This document shows, piece after piece, positions 1-10,919 of a stretch of DNA of 64,000 nucleotides; the stretch's first letter is position 1; every line of letters begins with the position of its first letter. Both the position numbers and the translations under genes were made by a program. The notes below the pieces were generated by a model. The model had not been told where the DNA came from. It saw only the letters and a program-made list of their open reading frames with translations, and ran no database searches. The DNA comes from Cyanidioschyzon merolae (lineage: Eukaryota): the NCBI GenBank assembly GCA_000091205.1, contig AP006497.2; one strand, written 5' to 3'.

Positions 1-1646
1 GCATTTTGCGCTGCCGTTGCTGCTGCGAGATGACGACGACGACGACGATCCTTCGCTGTTTCCGCACGTCGACGGTGTGGTCGGCTGCGCTCGCGATCTC
101 CCAGGGCCCGCAGCTCGTCCGTATGGGCTGCAGCGTGCGTGCCTGCTTCGATATCTCGGCCCGCGTTCGTTGATTTGCCGTTCATGTGGGCGTCTTGCAT
201 GGAGCGAGTGCGTTCAGCCTCTTTAGTGGCGCTCTTGGGATCACTTTCAGAATGTGCATTCCTGGTGCCGACTGGAACGGCGAGGTCGTCTTCGATCTCA
301 TCATCATCATCATCATCGGCATGGTGGCGCCTAGAAACGCTCTGTTCCGATTCAGAAGAAGCCTCGACGGAGCTTGCAGGACGCACACCGGCTTGTTCGT
401 CTTCTGAACATTGACCCTCGCAGAGCGAGCCGTCCCCGTCAGGCAGCTTTTTTTGTCTCTCGCTGGATGCACGTTGTCGCATCGTCTCGTTGGGGTGCGC
501 GTCTCCATTCACCACGTCGTAGACGTGATCCTCGTCTCCTGTTGCTTCCACCTGACCCATAATCCGGAATACCTGCACTTCTTCGCCTTTGGCAAGACAA
601 AGATCCTTGCGAAAGCGTCGTACGCAATCCCGATGCTTCTTGCTATGCTCATGATTTTCCCACTGGGCAAACGTTTTGAAATACTTCTTACACGCAAGGC
701 ATTGAACACCTTCGATCGTTGGTTGAACCGCATCACTTGCTCCGTGAGGCTGGTTCACATCAGGTGCCTCCTCGCTGATGCCAGCGTACTCCAAATGCTC
801 CAGTAGCTCCTCAAGATTCGGTATATCCTCTTCAAGCTGCGCAGCAAGCCTCGCCGCATGCAGAGACCGAAGGCGTTCCCACTGTTCTCTTTCCTGGACT
901 TGTCGTTCTAGCTTCTCAGCTTCTTTTCGTGCTTCTTCTTCCTTGTGTTTCAATACTCGACGATCCCGCTTTTTCACAAAGGCAACGAGCTCTCGCACGA
1001 GCGCTTGGAACTCTCTGCGAGCACGCTCCCGCTCGCGGCGGTTGTCGCGTTCTATGGCCCGTCGAATCTCCCGGTTCGGCGCCTCGCTCGGGTTCCAGGA
1101 GTCCGCAAACGCGAACGTCTTCGCTGATACAAAGTTCTCCCAGAAGTTATAGAAGCGACGTACACTGGGCCAGTCCGCTGTGGCACTGCCGAACGGGGGC
1201 GGCTGTGCGCCTCCGGCTGCCACCTCTTCTCTCGCAAGCTGCTCGAACGCTGCTCCGTATACGTGATAGAAACCTCGTTCTCCGTCTTCGTAGCCATTAT
1301 AAGCAGAAGATCGGAAATATTCATATATATTGAGTTCTGTCGCCCGGTTCACCGTACGCTCTGTACGAGAAGCGGCACCGGTGTCCGTCCCAGGCGCTTG
1401 AGTCGCCTCCAGCGGATCCCGGCCGCGCAGGATATCCTCTCGGTGGTCATCATACCATTTTCGTTCATGTGGGTCTGAAAGCACTTCGTAGGCTCTCCGA
1501 AGCTCCTTGAAAGCCTCCGCTGCCTCTTCTGGTCGGTCGGGATTCTTGTCAGGGTGCAGGCGAAGCGCTGCTCTGCGAAACGCTCGCGTGATCTCCTCCG
1601 CGGTGGCGTCCCGTGGAACACCAAGAACTTCGTAGTGACAGCGCAT
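1..1646 (-). CDS. J-domain co-chaperone of the DNAJC21/Jjj1 type; partial, 3' end runs off the window
   Basis: My own reverse-strand translation starts at the ATG (complement of 1644-1646). It reads MRCHYEVLGVPRDATAEEITRAFRRAALRLHPDKNPDRPEEAAEAFKELRRAYEVLSDPHERKWYD, a J domain with HPD. Further on come FYNFWENFVSAKTFAFAD and a C2H2 finger, CLACKKYFKTFAQWENHEHSKKH. The frame stays open to base 1, which explains its absence from the ORF track. Confidence 0.85.
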   Translation of the reverse strand, partial: MRCHYEVLGVPRDATAEEITRAFRRAALRLHPDKNPDRPEEAAEAFKELRRAYEVLSDPHERKWYDDHREDILRGRDPLEATQAPGTDTGAASRTERTVNRATELNIYEYFRSSAYNGYEDGERGFYHVYGAAFEQLAREEVAAGGAQPPPFGSATADWPSVRRFYNFWENFVSAKTFAFADSWNPSEAPNREIRRAIERDNRRERERARREFQALVRELVAFVKKRDRRVLKHKEEEARKEAEKLERQVQEREQWERLRSLHAARLAAQLEEDIPNLEELLEHLEYAGISEEAPDVNQPHGASDAVQPTIEGVQCLACKKYFKTFAQWENHEHSKKHRDCVRRFRKDLCLAKGEEVQVFRIMGQVEATGDEDHVYDVVNGDAHPNETMRQRASSERQKKLPDGDGSLCEGQCSEDEQAGVRPASSVEASSESEQSVSRRHHADDDDDDEIEDDLAVPVGTRNAHSESDPKSATKEAERTRSMQDAHMNGKSTNAGRDIEAGTHAAAHTDELRALGDRERSRPHRRRAETAKDRRRRRHLAAATAAQN

Positions 1647-1695
1647 GACAAATGTTTGTGCCGCTTTTGGGGTCTGCCCCTGATCGTTATTAGAA

Positions 1696-2870
1696 CCCCA
1701 CCAGAAGAAACGCATTTTCCCACGGAAGCGGCAGCGAACGCCGTTCAACAGTCGAAAGTCGCCAGCAGTGTACAGTAGTTGCGAATGACCTGCCCTAGAC
1801 GAGACACGTCCGAATGACGTGCAGACGCCTCCCAGTATTTTTGGACCGGCCACCGACTACTGGTTCCATTTTTTTCTCATATAATCTAACCTTGAGATGT
1901 TGCCCTGCAAAAATTTCTCTTGTCATCTCTGGAGGCCTCTTGTCCATCACCGCACGTCTCCTGATATTGATAGTGGCATTAAAGTCTCGATTCACAAACT
2001 CCATGCGTTTCCTGCCATTGGTAGTTGTATTCATTAGTGCGAGTAGTCCGCGAATTTTCGCCTTAGTTTCCATTTGCACTTCCGCCAGCGCTTTGTACTT
2101 TTTTACACCCTCAAGGCTCGGCTGACACTGCTCCATCTTGACCTTCTGGAGCGTACACCACAGCTCGTGGCGTATGTTGGATGTTCGGAACTCATATATC
2201 GGTATTGTGACGAAACATCGTGCGCATTCCTTGTACGCTCATTGCGAGTTGCTGTAAACCGGAAACGAAATTCTCCTCGACAAGCCATAAAAGTGGTGTT
2301 GTGGCTTTCCGCCAGACACGGTGGCTGTTTTTGCCGTGTCCATGGTCCCGCAGGCGTGTCCCGGAGTGCGCTGACTCCATAAAAGCCGCGAGTTCGCGCT
2401 GCTGCCCTGGCATCGGGGTGCTGGCGGCTCCACAGCACAGATACCTCATGATGTGCGGGCGAAGCATGCTGCTTCAGCACCGTAAGAACGATGCGCTCTC
2501 ATGCGCGTTCCCCTATGATCCGAGATGTAATCCACAGAGTGATGCTGGCGGCTATGACCGAGCGTCTTGCATATAGAATGCAAATCTGGGAACTGCGGCC
2601 TAAGGCTCGGAGTTCCAAGTCACGAATGGTCCATATGCTCACGATCGGTACTCGAAGCGAGCGCGCTGGACATTATACACTGCTTTGCTGCACGAGAACA
2701 GTGCTATGCTCGGGGCCGGCTAGAGTACCTTACGAAAAGTCAGCAGGAACGTCGCTTTCAGGTACGGTGCGTGACACGGGCTAGGCGAGAGCGATCCGTT
2801 TGCGAATCATTTCGGAATGCGAATTCGATGTTCATGAGTGTCTTCCCGTAGTAATGCCTCTTTACTTCAG
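1696..2870 (-). pseudogene. TnpB/Fanzor-like nuclease relic, copy A (5'-truncated, C-terminal half best preserved)
   Basis: ORF 1795-2136(-) reads ...GRKRMEFVNRDFNATINIRRRAV... (RuvC-III DxNAAxNI; Asp codon 1984-1986). My translation upstream in the same frame gives AYKECARCFVTIPIYEFRTSNIRHELWCTLQKVKMEQCQ, preceded by an in-frame TGA and a +1 shift relative to copy B. Weaker nucleotide similarity to copy B continues to about 2600, including a degraded GxDxG region. The 3' non-coding tail at 1696-1794 matches the tails of copies B, C and D. Confidence 0.7.
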
Positions 2871-2901
2871 GTTCGAGGCGCGCCTGTTCGAGTTGGTTTA
2901 G

Positions 2902-3675
2902 CGCTTGCGTTCGAGCTTTTTGTCGATTCCATCGGGAAGCAGACCTGCTTTTTATTCTTCCTTGCACTCCGTGATTCAAGCCCATCACAGACGTGTTTTC
3001 TATCGTGAAACGTAATGATCGCTGCACTGGGCGAATCGCTGAAGCGTTCTGCACAATCACGTCGGAGCATATATCGTCGTTTTTCAGCAAGTCTTTCTCC
3101 CTCCGGGCAGGTCGTCGACTACGGGCATTCAGAAGTACGTGCATTTGTCGAAATAGAAAATCCATGCGAAAAGTATGGACATGAAAGTTAGGGATCCCGG
3201 AGGGTCGTCATTGCCAGGCGCCGGAAAAATGGATATATTGCTCTCCTCGTCGACCAGTGAGCGAAGAAGAGCAAGCGAAGATGATGACGAAGAAGAAGAG
3301 AATAGATAGGCGAGAAAAGATGGATGCCCGACGAGACGCTGGCGATTCTTTATTAGCACTGACGGCGCGAGTTCTAGCAATCCTGGCAATCGTGCGTTCA
3401 ACCGTCGACGATGCTCGCATGTAGCTCGTGAACCGAGACTTCACTGTCACCATCAATATCAGACGATGCGCGGTGCAGGAAACGATACCCGAGGAGCTAT
3501 GACGATCCAACTTCGTAGGGCATGCGCTCAGGCTCGACGCGTGCCTGGATACACTGAAGCTGCCAGCAGGTGGCTGGTCAGAAAAAATGGGAGGCTTCTG
3601 CACGCGGGCACCAGTTTAACCTCCATGGGCGCGAAATGCCTATCGTTTTACTGACTACAGACGTTCATTCTCGAG
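2902..3675 (+). mobile_element. Internally deleted (MITE-like) derivative of the Fanzor-like element; 5' module joined directly to the 3' end
   Basis: 2902-3190 aligns with 16058-16329, the 'U' 5' module of copy C. 3190-3400 aligns with the first ~170 bp of the nuclease gene (gggatccNgaggg..., cgacgagacgctggcga). At ~3425 the sequence jumps to the C-terminal end, gtgaaccgagacttcactgtcaccatcaatatcagacgatgcgcg (VNRDFTVTINIRRCA). This is followed by the conserved tail blocks cagcaggtggctggtc and gggaggcttctgcacg. Confidence 0.6.
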
Positions 3676-4541
3676 CTCGCTCGTACGGCCACCAGCAACT
3701 AGTATACTGTGTTAAGAAGCATGCACAGTGAAATTCCGCAAAAGCTGAGCAGTCACCTGCATGCTGTTCTGATCTGGTAGGCTCGTACGCCATTTGGAAC
3801 GTTGGAGTCGTTTGCTTGTGCCTCCTTCGCGAACGAGCGATGCGGCGTCCGGAACCTTGGCCAAAACGCGTTCCAATACATTATTTCGAAAAGCTGGGCG
3901 TGAGACGCGAGTCAGGACGAAACGGCAATGCGCGCTCAAAGTATGGAAGACTCGATAGAGTCGACCTATCGAAAACAGCTGAGAACCCGAGGATACCAGT
4001 CGAACTTCAACGGTCTTGGACGAAGTTCACAGCCTCAGCACTTGAAATGCCATCCAAATCGCATCAAAACTTGAATATTGTTATTCGGGAGCAAATCGCG
4101 TCTCCGCGCTGGCCTGCCAGGGTTACGCCTCCGATGCCGTTCAGGTAGCCTTCATTGGAACTGGTTGTCTCCCAATGAGCCGTCTCGCTCGGCGGACCGC
4201 TCCCGCAGGCAATGTGCGTTTCCATTCAAAGTCAATCACATGCATCAAGCGTTCCAGGCGCTGCTCATTCGCCTGCACGGGACACTCGCAGGGCAACACG
4301 CTCTGCAGGCACAAGACACTAGTACGATATGCGCGTCCTTCGCAGATCAGCTCCATAGATTGTGGAACCCAAACGACGCTCCACATTCACCCAAGGACGA
4401 GAGAGCGCCCGCCCCGCAGAGCGATGGGATCCGCACGCGGCTCCGGTGCGCAGCCGCTGCCACGCGTCGTTATCGGGAGGCCTCTTCCGACTGACGGCAT
4501 CAGGTCATCACACGCTCATACAATGCTCAATCTCCAACCGG

Positions 4542-6167
4542 CTACGGGGAAAAGCTCTGGAAGAAGGAAATCGAAAAACCCTCGTCAAACCGGTCGCCAT
4601 CGCCACGTCGCAGAATACGTGCCCAGTTGACTTCAAACCGACCGAGGCTCGTACAGCAGGCGAGTCCAAGACCCGCTGACATGCGCCAACTCTGGCGCCA
4701 CGCGACAGCGTCCGACCATTCCCGACAGTCACCTATTGCACAGAACGTGTGGAACTGTAAGCCGAGGGAGCGTGCCACTGCACTGGTAACGATCGGGACG
4801 CCTAGATGTAAACCTAGTTTGTAGTAGACATCTCCACCGATGCTGTCTCCATCGGCGCTGGGCCCTAGGCCCCGATTCCGGAAGCCTCGGAATGCATTCG
4901 CACTGCCGCCGACGAAAAATCGATCGCAGATCCTCGTCTGACGCAACGCATGCCGGGGGCCGGCACGGTGCTCGCTTTTCCGGTCTTTCATCGCAGCGAG
5001 CGCTTGGTGGAAGGGAATGATCATTCCCCCCTGGAAGCCAACTGAGAACACGATAGGAGGCATCAGACGCTCGGGTGGTGACGGGGCAGCGTCACCAGCT
5101 GCAAGTGAATCGTCCACATTGCGCACGAGTTCGCTGCCGTCGGCTCCCGTCAGTGGCACATTCCACTGCCACGAGAGCTCGCTTCGAATAAATCTCGTTG
5201 CGGGATCGCCACCGAGTCCCGCTAGTTCACAGTTCCACTGAGCATTCGTACCCTGACGAGGCGCCAGCGGATCGTCGCGACCATCCCGGGTCCAGGTGTA
5301 TTTGAATGAGCTCTTCACTGAGTGCCCAGCTTGTTCACGAACCCTGATGCTTGCGTGCGGTGCGACTTGCCCCAGCTCGCGCCAGCTGCACTCATAAGCG
5401 AAACGTCCGAACCGCGTCTGGAGGCCGGCTTCAAAGCTGCGCTGAAACTCACTATACGAACTTGTGTCCATGCGATTCAGCAGGGCGCTCTCGGCACTTG
5501 CCGTCGCCAATGCGTCCAGTAACCCCCAGGGATGTGGTTTTCGCCAACCGCAAACAAGATGATTCGTGGCTGTTTGTTTTGCAAATAGGTAGCGGTTCGG
5601 GTGCACCAGTGCAGCGAGGCTACTCAAACTCGAGAGCGCGAATCCGGACCCGCCGACGCCCGCACCAAGTTGGCAATGCAAAGCATCTCCCGTCCCAGTA
5701 AAGTTTATGAAGCCTCCATCAAGCTCGAGAGCGGTCTCGCCGGTGCGCGTATCGGTAGAGGTCCCAATACGGAGTGAAAAAGGTGGCGCCTCACGCACAG
5801 TAACGAGTGCATCGCAGGGCACAGACTCTGCAGTTGGCTCACCGTTCGCAGGGACCGCCGATTCATCGATGAGAATGTCCACTGCACGGAAACACTCGGT
5901 CAGACGGAGTCGCTCGGTTGCGAGTGACGCTCGTTCGAGGAGCTCCTCGAGTGTCAACGAGCGGCGGCTAGACTCAGGAGGCAACGAGTCTCGGTTCTGC
6001 TCCTCCGACAAAGATGCATCTAGGAGGCTCTGGACAAAGTCGATGCGAGTTCGTTCGACGCCGCGAATAATGACCCGCCGCAGACGAACTGTTTCACGCA
6101 AGATGTCGCGAACTGGTGCTTCAAGATTTTGCGCTGAGGCAGTAGCTTGCTCAGATCCGGAAACCAT
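4542..6167 (-). CDS. SAM50/Omp85-family (bacterial surface antigen D15) outer-membrane beta-barrel assembly protein
   Basis: ORF 4542-6224(-), start moved to the first ATG (complement of 6165-6167). There is a POTRA-like N-terminus, VRLRRVIIRGVERTRIDFV. The barrel motifs are VREQAGHSVKSSFKYTWTRDGRDDPLAPRQG, ELAGLGGDPATRFIRSE, FFVGGSANAFRGFRNRGLGP and GGDVYYKLGLHL. Confidence 0.8.
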   Translation of the reverse strand: MVSGSEQATASAQNLEAPVRDILRETVRLRRVIIRGVERTRIDFVQSLLDASLSEEQNRDSLPPESSRRSLTLEELLERASLATERLRLTECFRAVDILIDESAVPANGEPTAESVPCDALVTVREAPPFSLRIGTSTDTRTGETALELDGGFINFTGTGDALHCQLGAGVGGSGFALSSLSSLAALVHPNRYLFAKQTATNHLVCGWRKPHPWGLLDALATASAESALLNRMDTSSYSEFQRSFEAGLQTRFGRFAYECSWRELGQVAPHASIRVREQAGHSVKSSFKYTWTRDGRDDPLAPRQGTNAQWNCELAGLGGDPATRFIRSELSWQWNVPLTGADGSELVRNVDDSLAAGDAAPSPPERLMPPIVFSVGFQGGMIIPFHQALAAMKDRKSEHRAGPRHALRQTRICDRFFVGGSANAFRGFRNRGLGPSADGDSIGGDVYYKLGLHLGVPIVTSAVARSLGLQFHTFCAIGDCREWSDAVAWRQSWRMSAGLGLACCTSLGRFEVNWARILRRGDGDRFDEGFSISFFQSFSP

Positions 6168-6918
6168 CCGCGGGTGCGTACCAGTGCAGCGCTCCTTGAA
6201 GAAAGCTGCCGATTTCTCCACCACACACTGGAGACGTAGACCTCAGACAGTCGAGGTCGATCGCAGCTGCCGAGCCTTTGCAAAACCTGTCCACGGTGTA
6301 AGCAGACACGTCGTCCCCAAAAGTCTGCACCAGCGCAACGCCACATTGGTTCGGGCGAGCGCTTCCGCTGCCGAGGGCGATCCTGCGGGCCTGCCTGCAC
6401 AGCCGCTCGATGAGTGCATTGTCGCCCGTTCGGCGTTCTGGATCGACTGCGTTGAATGGGACTGCATCTGGCAGTGACGTCGGAGGTGTTATGGTGTCAT
6501 CTGGGTGTGCAACGATGCTCAAATGCGTTGCATGGGACTGCATCTGGCAATAACGATCGACCGCGTTGACAGGGACTGCATTTCGCACTAAAGTCGGAGG
6601 TGTCATCGTATCATCTGGGCCTCAAGTCGTTCGTGCAGTGTTGATGCCGGGTCGAAGAAAGGGACCGATTGCCCGTGCGCTTTTGTCCATGCGCACAGTC
6701 CCTGGAAGGCGGAGTGCGTTGATGATGGAGGTCCTTTTTGGATGCGTCCCCCAGATATCCCGCTGTTCAGACTCAAAAGGGTGACAGTCCTATTGAAAAG
6801 GTTCTCGTGCATCATGCCGCTCGCTAGTTTCGTCCCGGACAGCAAGGATAACCCCTAAAAGAGCTACAGACCACGGCGACGAGCTCGATGAACAAGAGTC
6901 TGCTCGTTCGGCGGCTGA

Positions 6919-6922
<4 letters not shown>

Positions 6923-6957
<35 letters not shown>

Positions 6958-6958
6958 C
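6923..6958. repeat. (GCA)12 microsatellite
   Basis: Twelve uninterrupted GCA units read directly, about 130 bp upstream of the eL41 ATG. Confidence 0.95.
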
Positions 6959-7085
6959 GTTGCGCTGTCACGATCGAATTCGTGACATCACCGCCGCGCT
7001 TCACGGACGGCACACATCGCGCACCATCTACGAGCACATCTGTTTTCGCGCTGTACGCTCTTGAAGAGCAAAAACCAGGTGGCAT

Positions 7086-7163
7086 ATGAGGGCCAAGTGG
7101 AAGAAGAAGCGTATGCGCCGCTTAAAGCGAAAGCGACGAAGGATGAGACAACGTAGTAAGTAA
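7086..7163 (+). CDS. RPL41: 60S ribosomal protein eL41 (25 aa)
   Basis: atgagggccaagtggaagaagaagcgtatgcgccgcttaaagcgaaagcgacgaaggatgagacaacgtagtaagtaa translates to MRAKWKKKRMRRLKRKRRRMRQRSK*. This is the near-invariant eL41 sequence. It is too short to appear in the ORF track. Confidence 0.85.
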   Translation: MRAKWKKKRMRRLKRKRRRMRQRSK

Positions 7164-7554
7164 GGCTGCTCTTTTCGTCTCCATAAATGTTGGCAGCTTG
7201 GCTCGCAACGTGCACGACAGGCACTCGGGGCGCCAGTTCATGAACGAGCTCGCGGCTGTGTTGCCGGTTTACGTGTTGGGGCGACTCTTTTTAGCTGAGA
7301 GTCGTCGTTGTCGTTGTCATAAATTGCGACACAAAGTATTTGCCGCCTCTTCTTCTCTAGACGGGTGAGTTGAAGCTACGAACTCGGAGGGCACAACTTT
7401 GACCTCGGAAACGAACCAGTTGGAACGGTAACCACTTTTAGCGGTATTATAAACAGGACGGACAGCCTTTTCCCCCGATCACTTGCAAGATGAGACTCTC
7501 CAGAAAACGAGGCGTTCGCCGGTCTCTACGAACACTGGCCGCGTGCCCGCTGCG

Positions 7555-8547
7555 TTAGTGCGTTTGCTGGATCTCCCGTTGAATCTCAGCAAGCGCCAGG
7601 CGCACGTCCCGCTCTGTTACCACCCTGTTTTCTCGTGCACACTCTTGGAAGAGGCTGTACAACCGCCTTTTGGCGGCGCCCCAGGCATATGCGTACTCCA
7701 GCTCCAGCACCCGCTTGCCCTGAATCGAAGGCGGAAACGGAGACATTTCCACGTCGACGGCACCATCCGCAGCCTGTTCCTCATCAAAAAGCCATTCCAG
7801 ATGCGCAGCGTTTCGTTGTGAGCTGCAGGCGTCACATGGACAGACTACCGCCTCCAGTTCCTCCACAGTCACAAATATCGGAGCCATTTGCTCCGACTGC
7901 GTCGACGTGTCGCTGTCAAGTACCGCTTGCGCAATGCAAAGCGGTTTCGACACGCTGCCCGCTGCCTTGGCAGCGGGCACCCATAGCGCCAAGGGGCTGC
8001 AGCTCCGCCGGCACGCAGTGCACACAAGCAGCCCGTCCGTGGAGCCCGTCGTCGCGTCCAGGCCACCGAGGCACTTGACGTGGAACCAGTCCTCACAACC
8101 AATACACTGGTGCATGGTGTCGTCTTTCTCGCCTTGATACTCGGCGTCACATACACAGAACCTGTTTCGAGCGTTGTGATGCTCTCGCAGCCACCACACC
8201 TGAGAGGTCGGCAACGGCGCAGCGGCAACGTCGCTTAGCGCACAGTGCGGAGGCGCACACTGGCATACGAGTCCGTGCTTGTTTCCCAGCGCAAACGTGT
8301 CGTGGTCTGCGTGGCAGGCATCCGCACACGCCTGGCATACGATGGACGGTAAACTGGGGCCCTCGGGCAGCGCTGCCCGCGTCGTGCACGTCCGACAGAC
8401 ACACACTGCTATTGCACGTTCTGCTTGAGAGCGCTCGCGAGCACACTGCCAGTTGTGCTCTGGACACGCAGCACTGACTAGGTCCTCCAAGGTCACCACA
8501 TCCTCTGAGTCTTCGACTGAACCGAGAGCGTGCTCACTAGACCCCAT
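7555..8547 (-). CDS. UBR-box plus PHD-type zinc-finger protein (UBR7-like)
   Basis: ORF 7555-8574(-) starts on TTG; the first ATG gives MGSSEHALG at 8547. A Cys/His-rich UBR-like block reads CVCRTCTTRAA...CQACADACHADHDTFALGNKHGLVCQC. A PHD-like block reads FCVCDAEYQGEKDDTMHQCIGCEDWFHVKCLG. Confidence 0.6.
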   Translation of the reverse strand: MGSSEHALGSVEDSEDVVTLEDLVSAACPEHNWQCARERSQAERAIAVCVCRTCTTRAALPEGPSLPSIVCQACADACHADHDTFALGNKHGLVCQCAPPHCALSDVAAAPLPTSQVWWLREHHNARNRFCVCDAEYQGEKDDTMHQCIGCEDWFHVKCLGGLDATTGSTDGLLVCTACRRSCSPLALWVPAAKAAGSVSKPLCIAQAVLDSDTSTQSEQMAPIFVTVEELEAVVCPCDACSSQRNAAHLEWLFDEEQAADGAVDVEMSPFPPSIQGKRVLELEYAYAWGAAKRRLYSLFQECARENRVVTERDVRLALAEIQREIQQTH

Positions 8548-8575
8548 GCTTCGGGCGCCGTGGCAAAAGTGCAAA

Positions 8576-10919
8576 CCCCTGGAAACAAACGTCTTTCAAA
8601 AGAAAAACGATGCAGCCTGCGGTATACAGAAATGGCGCGCAGCGCGCCCGAGTCAGAACGTCTCCAGCTGACGTGCAGTCGCCTCCCCGTCTTTTTGGAC
8701 CGGCAACCTACTACTGATTCCAACTTTTTTTCATATAATTCCACTTTGGGAGGTTTTCCAACAACGTTCTCTCTTGTCAACTCTGGAGGTCTTTTCTCGA
8801 GCACCGCACATCTCCTTATATTGATGGCGGCGTTAAAGTCTCGGTTCGCAAACTCCATACGTTTCTTGCCATCATTGGTTGTACTTACTGATGCAAGCAA
8901 TCCTCGAACTTTCGCTCTCCTTTCCATTTGCTCTTCCGTCAGCGCTCCGTACTTTTTCGTATCCTCAGGGCTCCGCTAGCACTTTTCCATCTCCACCCTC
9001 TGAAGTGTACACCCCAGTTCATGGTGTGTATACGATGTTCGAAACTCATCCATTGGTATCGTAACGAAACGCCTCGCGCACTCCTTGTACGTTCTTGTCG
9101 TTGGAGCTGGAGTAGTCCCTTTTTGGGTCTTCCAGCGCCCTGCTCCGTACCCTGCTACGAGCCTCTGACTTTTATCCTCCTTCAGGGCACTCAACTGATT
9201 GAAAAAACTCTCGAACGCACGCTGCTTACCACACTATAGATTCATTCGCAAACGAGCCCACCGGGGCTTGGTATACTCCTCCCACAATGCATTCCAATGA
9301 GCAACGCGAACTTCCATGAATTTCCGAAAAGCTTTAAAGTCCGCTCCTCGGCTCGTCACCTCGCTCACAGCTTCCAGGTGCTCGTTCATTCCTGCATTCC
9401 ATTTCTCGATTTTCTTCCTCGTATTCATGATTCCCGATTCTCGATGGTATCTCGCTCTCGAGAACCTCAAAAGACGCATATCTTTCTGATGCAAGGTACC
9501 GTCAGTACCATCTTCCCCACGCTTCGGTGCTGCGATGGTTATGATACTTGTGTTTCCAGCGTCCGCGCCAACGACAAAGTCGTTCTCGTGCATCTTCTGT
9601 GTCGCAGGACCCGCCTTCTTCTCATCTTCATGGTTCTCCGAGGGCGGAACGGGCCGATCCACACTCAACCGCCGATAGTGTATGCACCTGGCTACTCCAT
9701 CGGTTTCGATCATCCCAGTGAATACCTTTTGTCTGCTTACTTTCAGACGTTTGAAATCGAAGATACTCTTCCGGGGCATCTCCCGGTTTTCGTCGGTGAA
9801 CTCCTCCCTGCGAACATCGAACTCCGGACAGATCTCCTTCAAGATGCCATGAAGGATTCTCGAGTCCATAGTCACAAAATGTGACTTGATATTGCAAATT
9901 GGAACCATGTTGAAGCGCTTCCCCATTAGGGCCGACTTCCGCCTCTCCCACTCTTTATTTGTCTCCTCACTCAGCTTCCTCTCTGCCTGGCGTTCGAGTT
10001 CTCGGTCCAGAACCACAGAATAGCGCAGGACGAGGCGATAGTATCTTTCCTTAACTTTTTTTCAACTCTGATATCTTTTCTGTTGGATTCGCCAGCTCCA
10101 AGACTGCACGGTGCTCTTGTATTACGGCACGGATGACGGAGTCCTCATTCATGCTCTGGTTTGACGCCTTCTTGTCGACGAATTCGATCTCATCTTCATG
10201 CTTACGATCGTTCGTGGTGCCATTGAGGTCCGCCTATACTCCATTGCGAGAGATGCGCGGGTAGCGTGCAAACACGGCACGTATCATGAAACGTTCGAGG
10301 TTCATTGTCAAATGGTTCTTCAGATTCGTGAGGTATTTCATGGCCCCATAGTCCTAAATATCCCGGTCACCCCTATACCGAGTACCCTCGAAGCGGAATT
10401 CCGGGAAGGTTTCGTGGAGGACATGCACTGCTCATTTTCCCTCCGCGCTTTCGCTGTACCAAGCATCAGGTGACGAATAAACGTCGTGTCGAAGAATTCT
10501 TCCGGAATCTCGACTGTTTCCATGTGCGTCACGTCGCGATACATCTCCTTCACCAAATGCATCAGTCCTATAGAGTCCATACGAACCCTCGTGAAGTACG
10601 AATCAACATAATTTCTGATGGCCTCTCGCAGATTTTGCTTGTGCGGATCCTGAATATGGCCTAGATGGCATGATTTCTTTACAATCTTGAAGTAGGGTCG
10701 TCTTTCGAGTTGCATTTGGCGCCGGGCCCCCCCTTGTTTTGCGTCATCGTCGTGTCTTGTTTCTCTTCGGTCGGTATTCTTTTTCGCTTTTTCCGCTAGC
10801 CGGCGACGCTGCCCCTCCAGGATCCTCCACTTCCTTTTCCATAACTTTCCTCTTTTATTTTTTTGTAACGCACTTTGAACGCTTCTGCTATAAACCGCGA
10901 AAAAAACACGAGAATACAC
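8576..10919 (-). pseudogene. TnpB/Fanzor-like nuclease relic, copy B (full length, disrupted)
   Basis: Four collinear ORF pieces are present.
- 10338-10919: basic N-terminus KRGKLWKRKWR.
- 9234-10016: ...[18 protein letters not shown], RuvC-I GxDxG.
- 8976-9194: ...RRFVTIPMDEFRTSYTHHE.
- 8493-8927: ...KKRMEFANRDFNAAINIRRC, with the RuvC-III Asp codon at 8838-8840.
An in-frame TAG at 8976-8978 is CAG (Gln) in copies A, C and D. Further stops and shifts lie between 10016 and 10340. The tail ends ...cgtttgtttccagggg at 8576. Confidence 0.75.

Noticed and set aside
5707-6477. A 256-aa plus-strand ORF overlapping SAM50.
   Set aside because: It is antisense to a gene with strong family motifs. Its composition is Ser/Arg-rich low complexity, typical of GC-rich shadow frames.
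8493-8927. The 144-aa ORF appears to extend the copy-B nuclease about 60 aa past the point where copies A and C stop.
   Set aside because: The extension (…SWRRSDSGALRAISVYRRLHRFSFERRLFPGVCTFATAPEAWG…) reads through the conserved non-coding tail and into the 5' region of the UBR7-like gene. It is not conserved as protein in the other copies. I treat it as fortuitous read-through.
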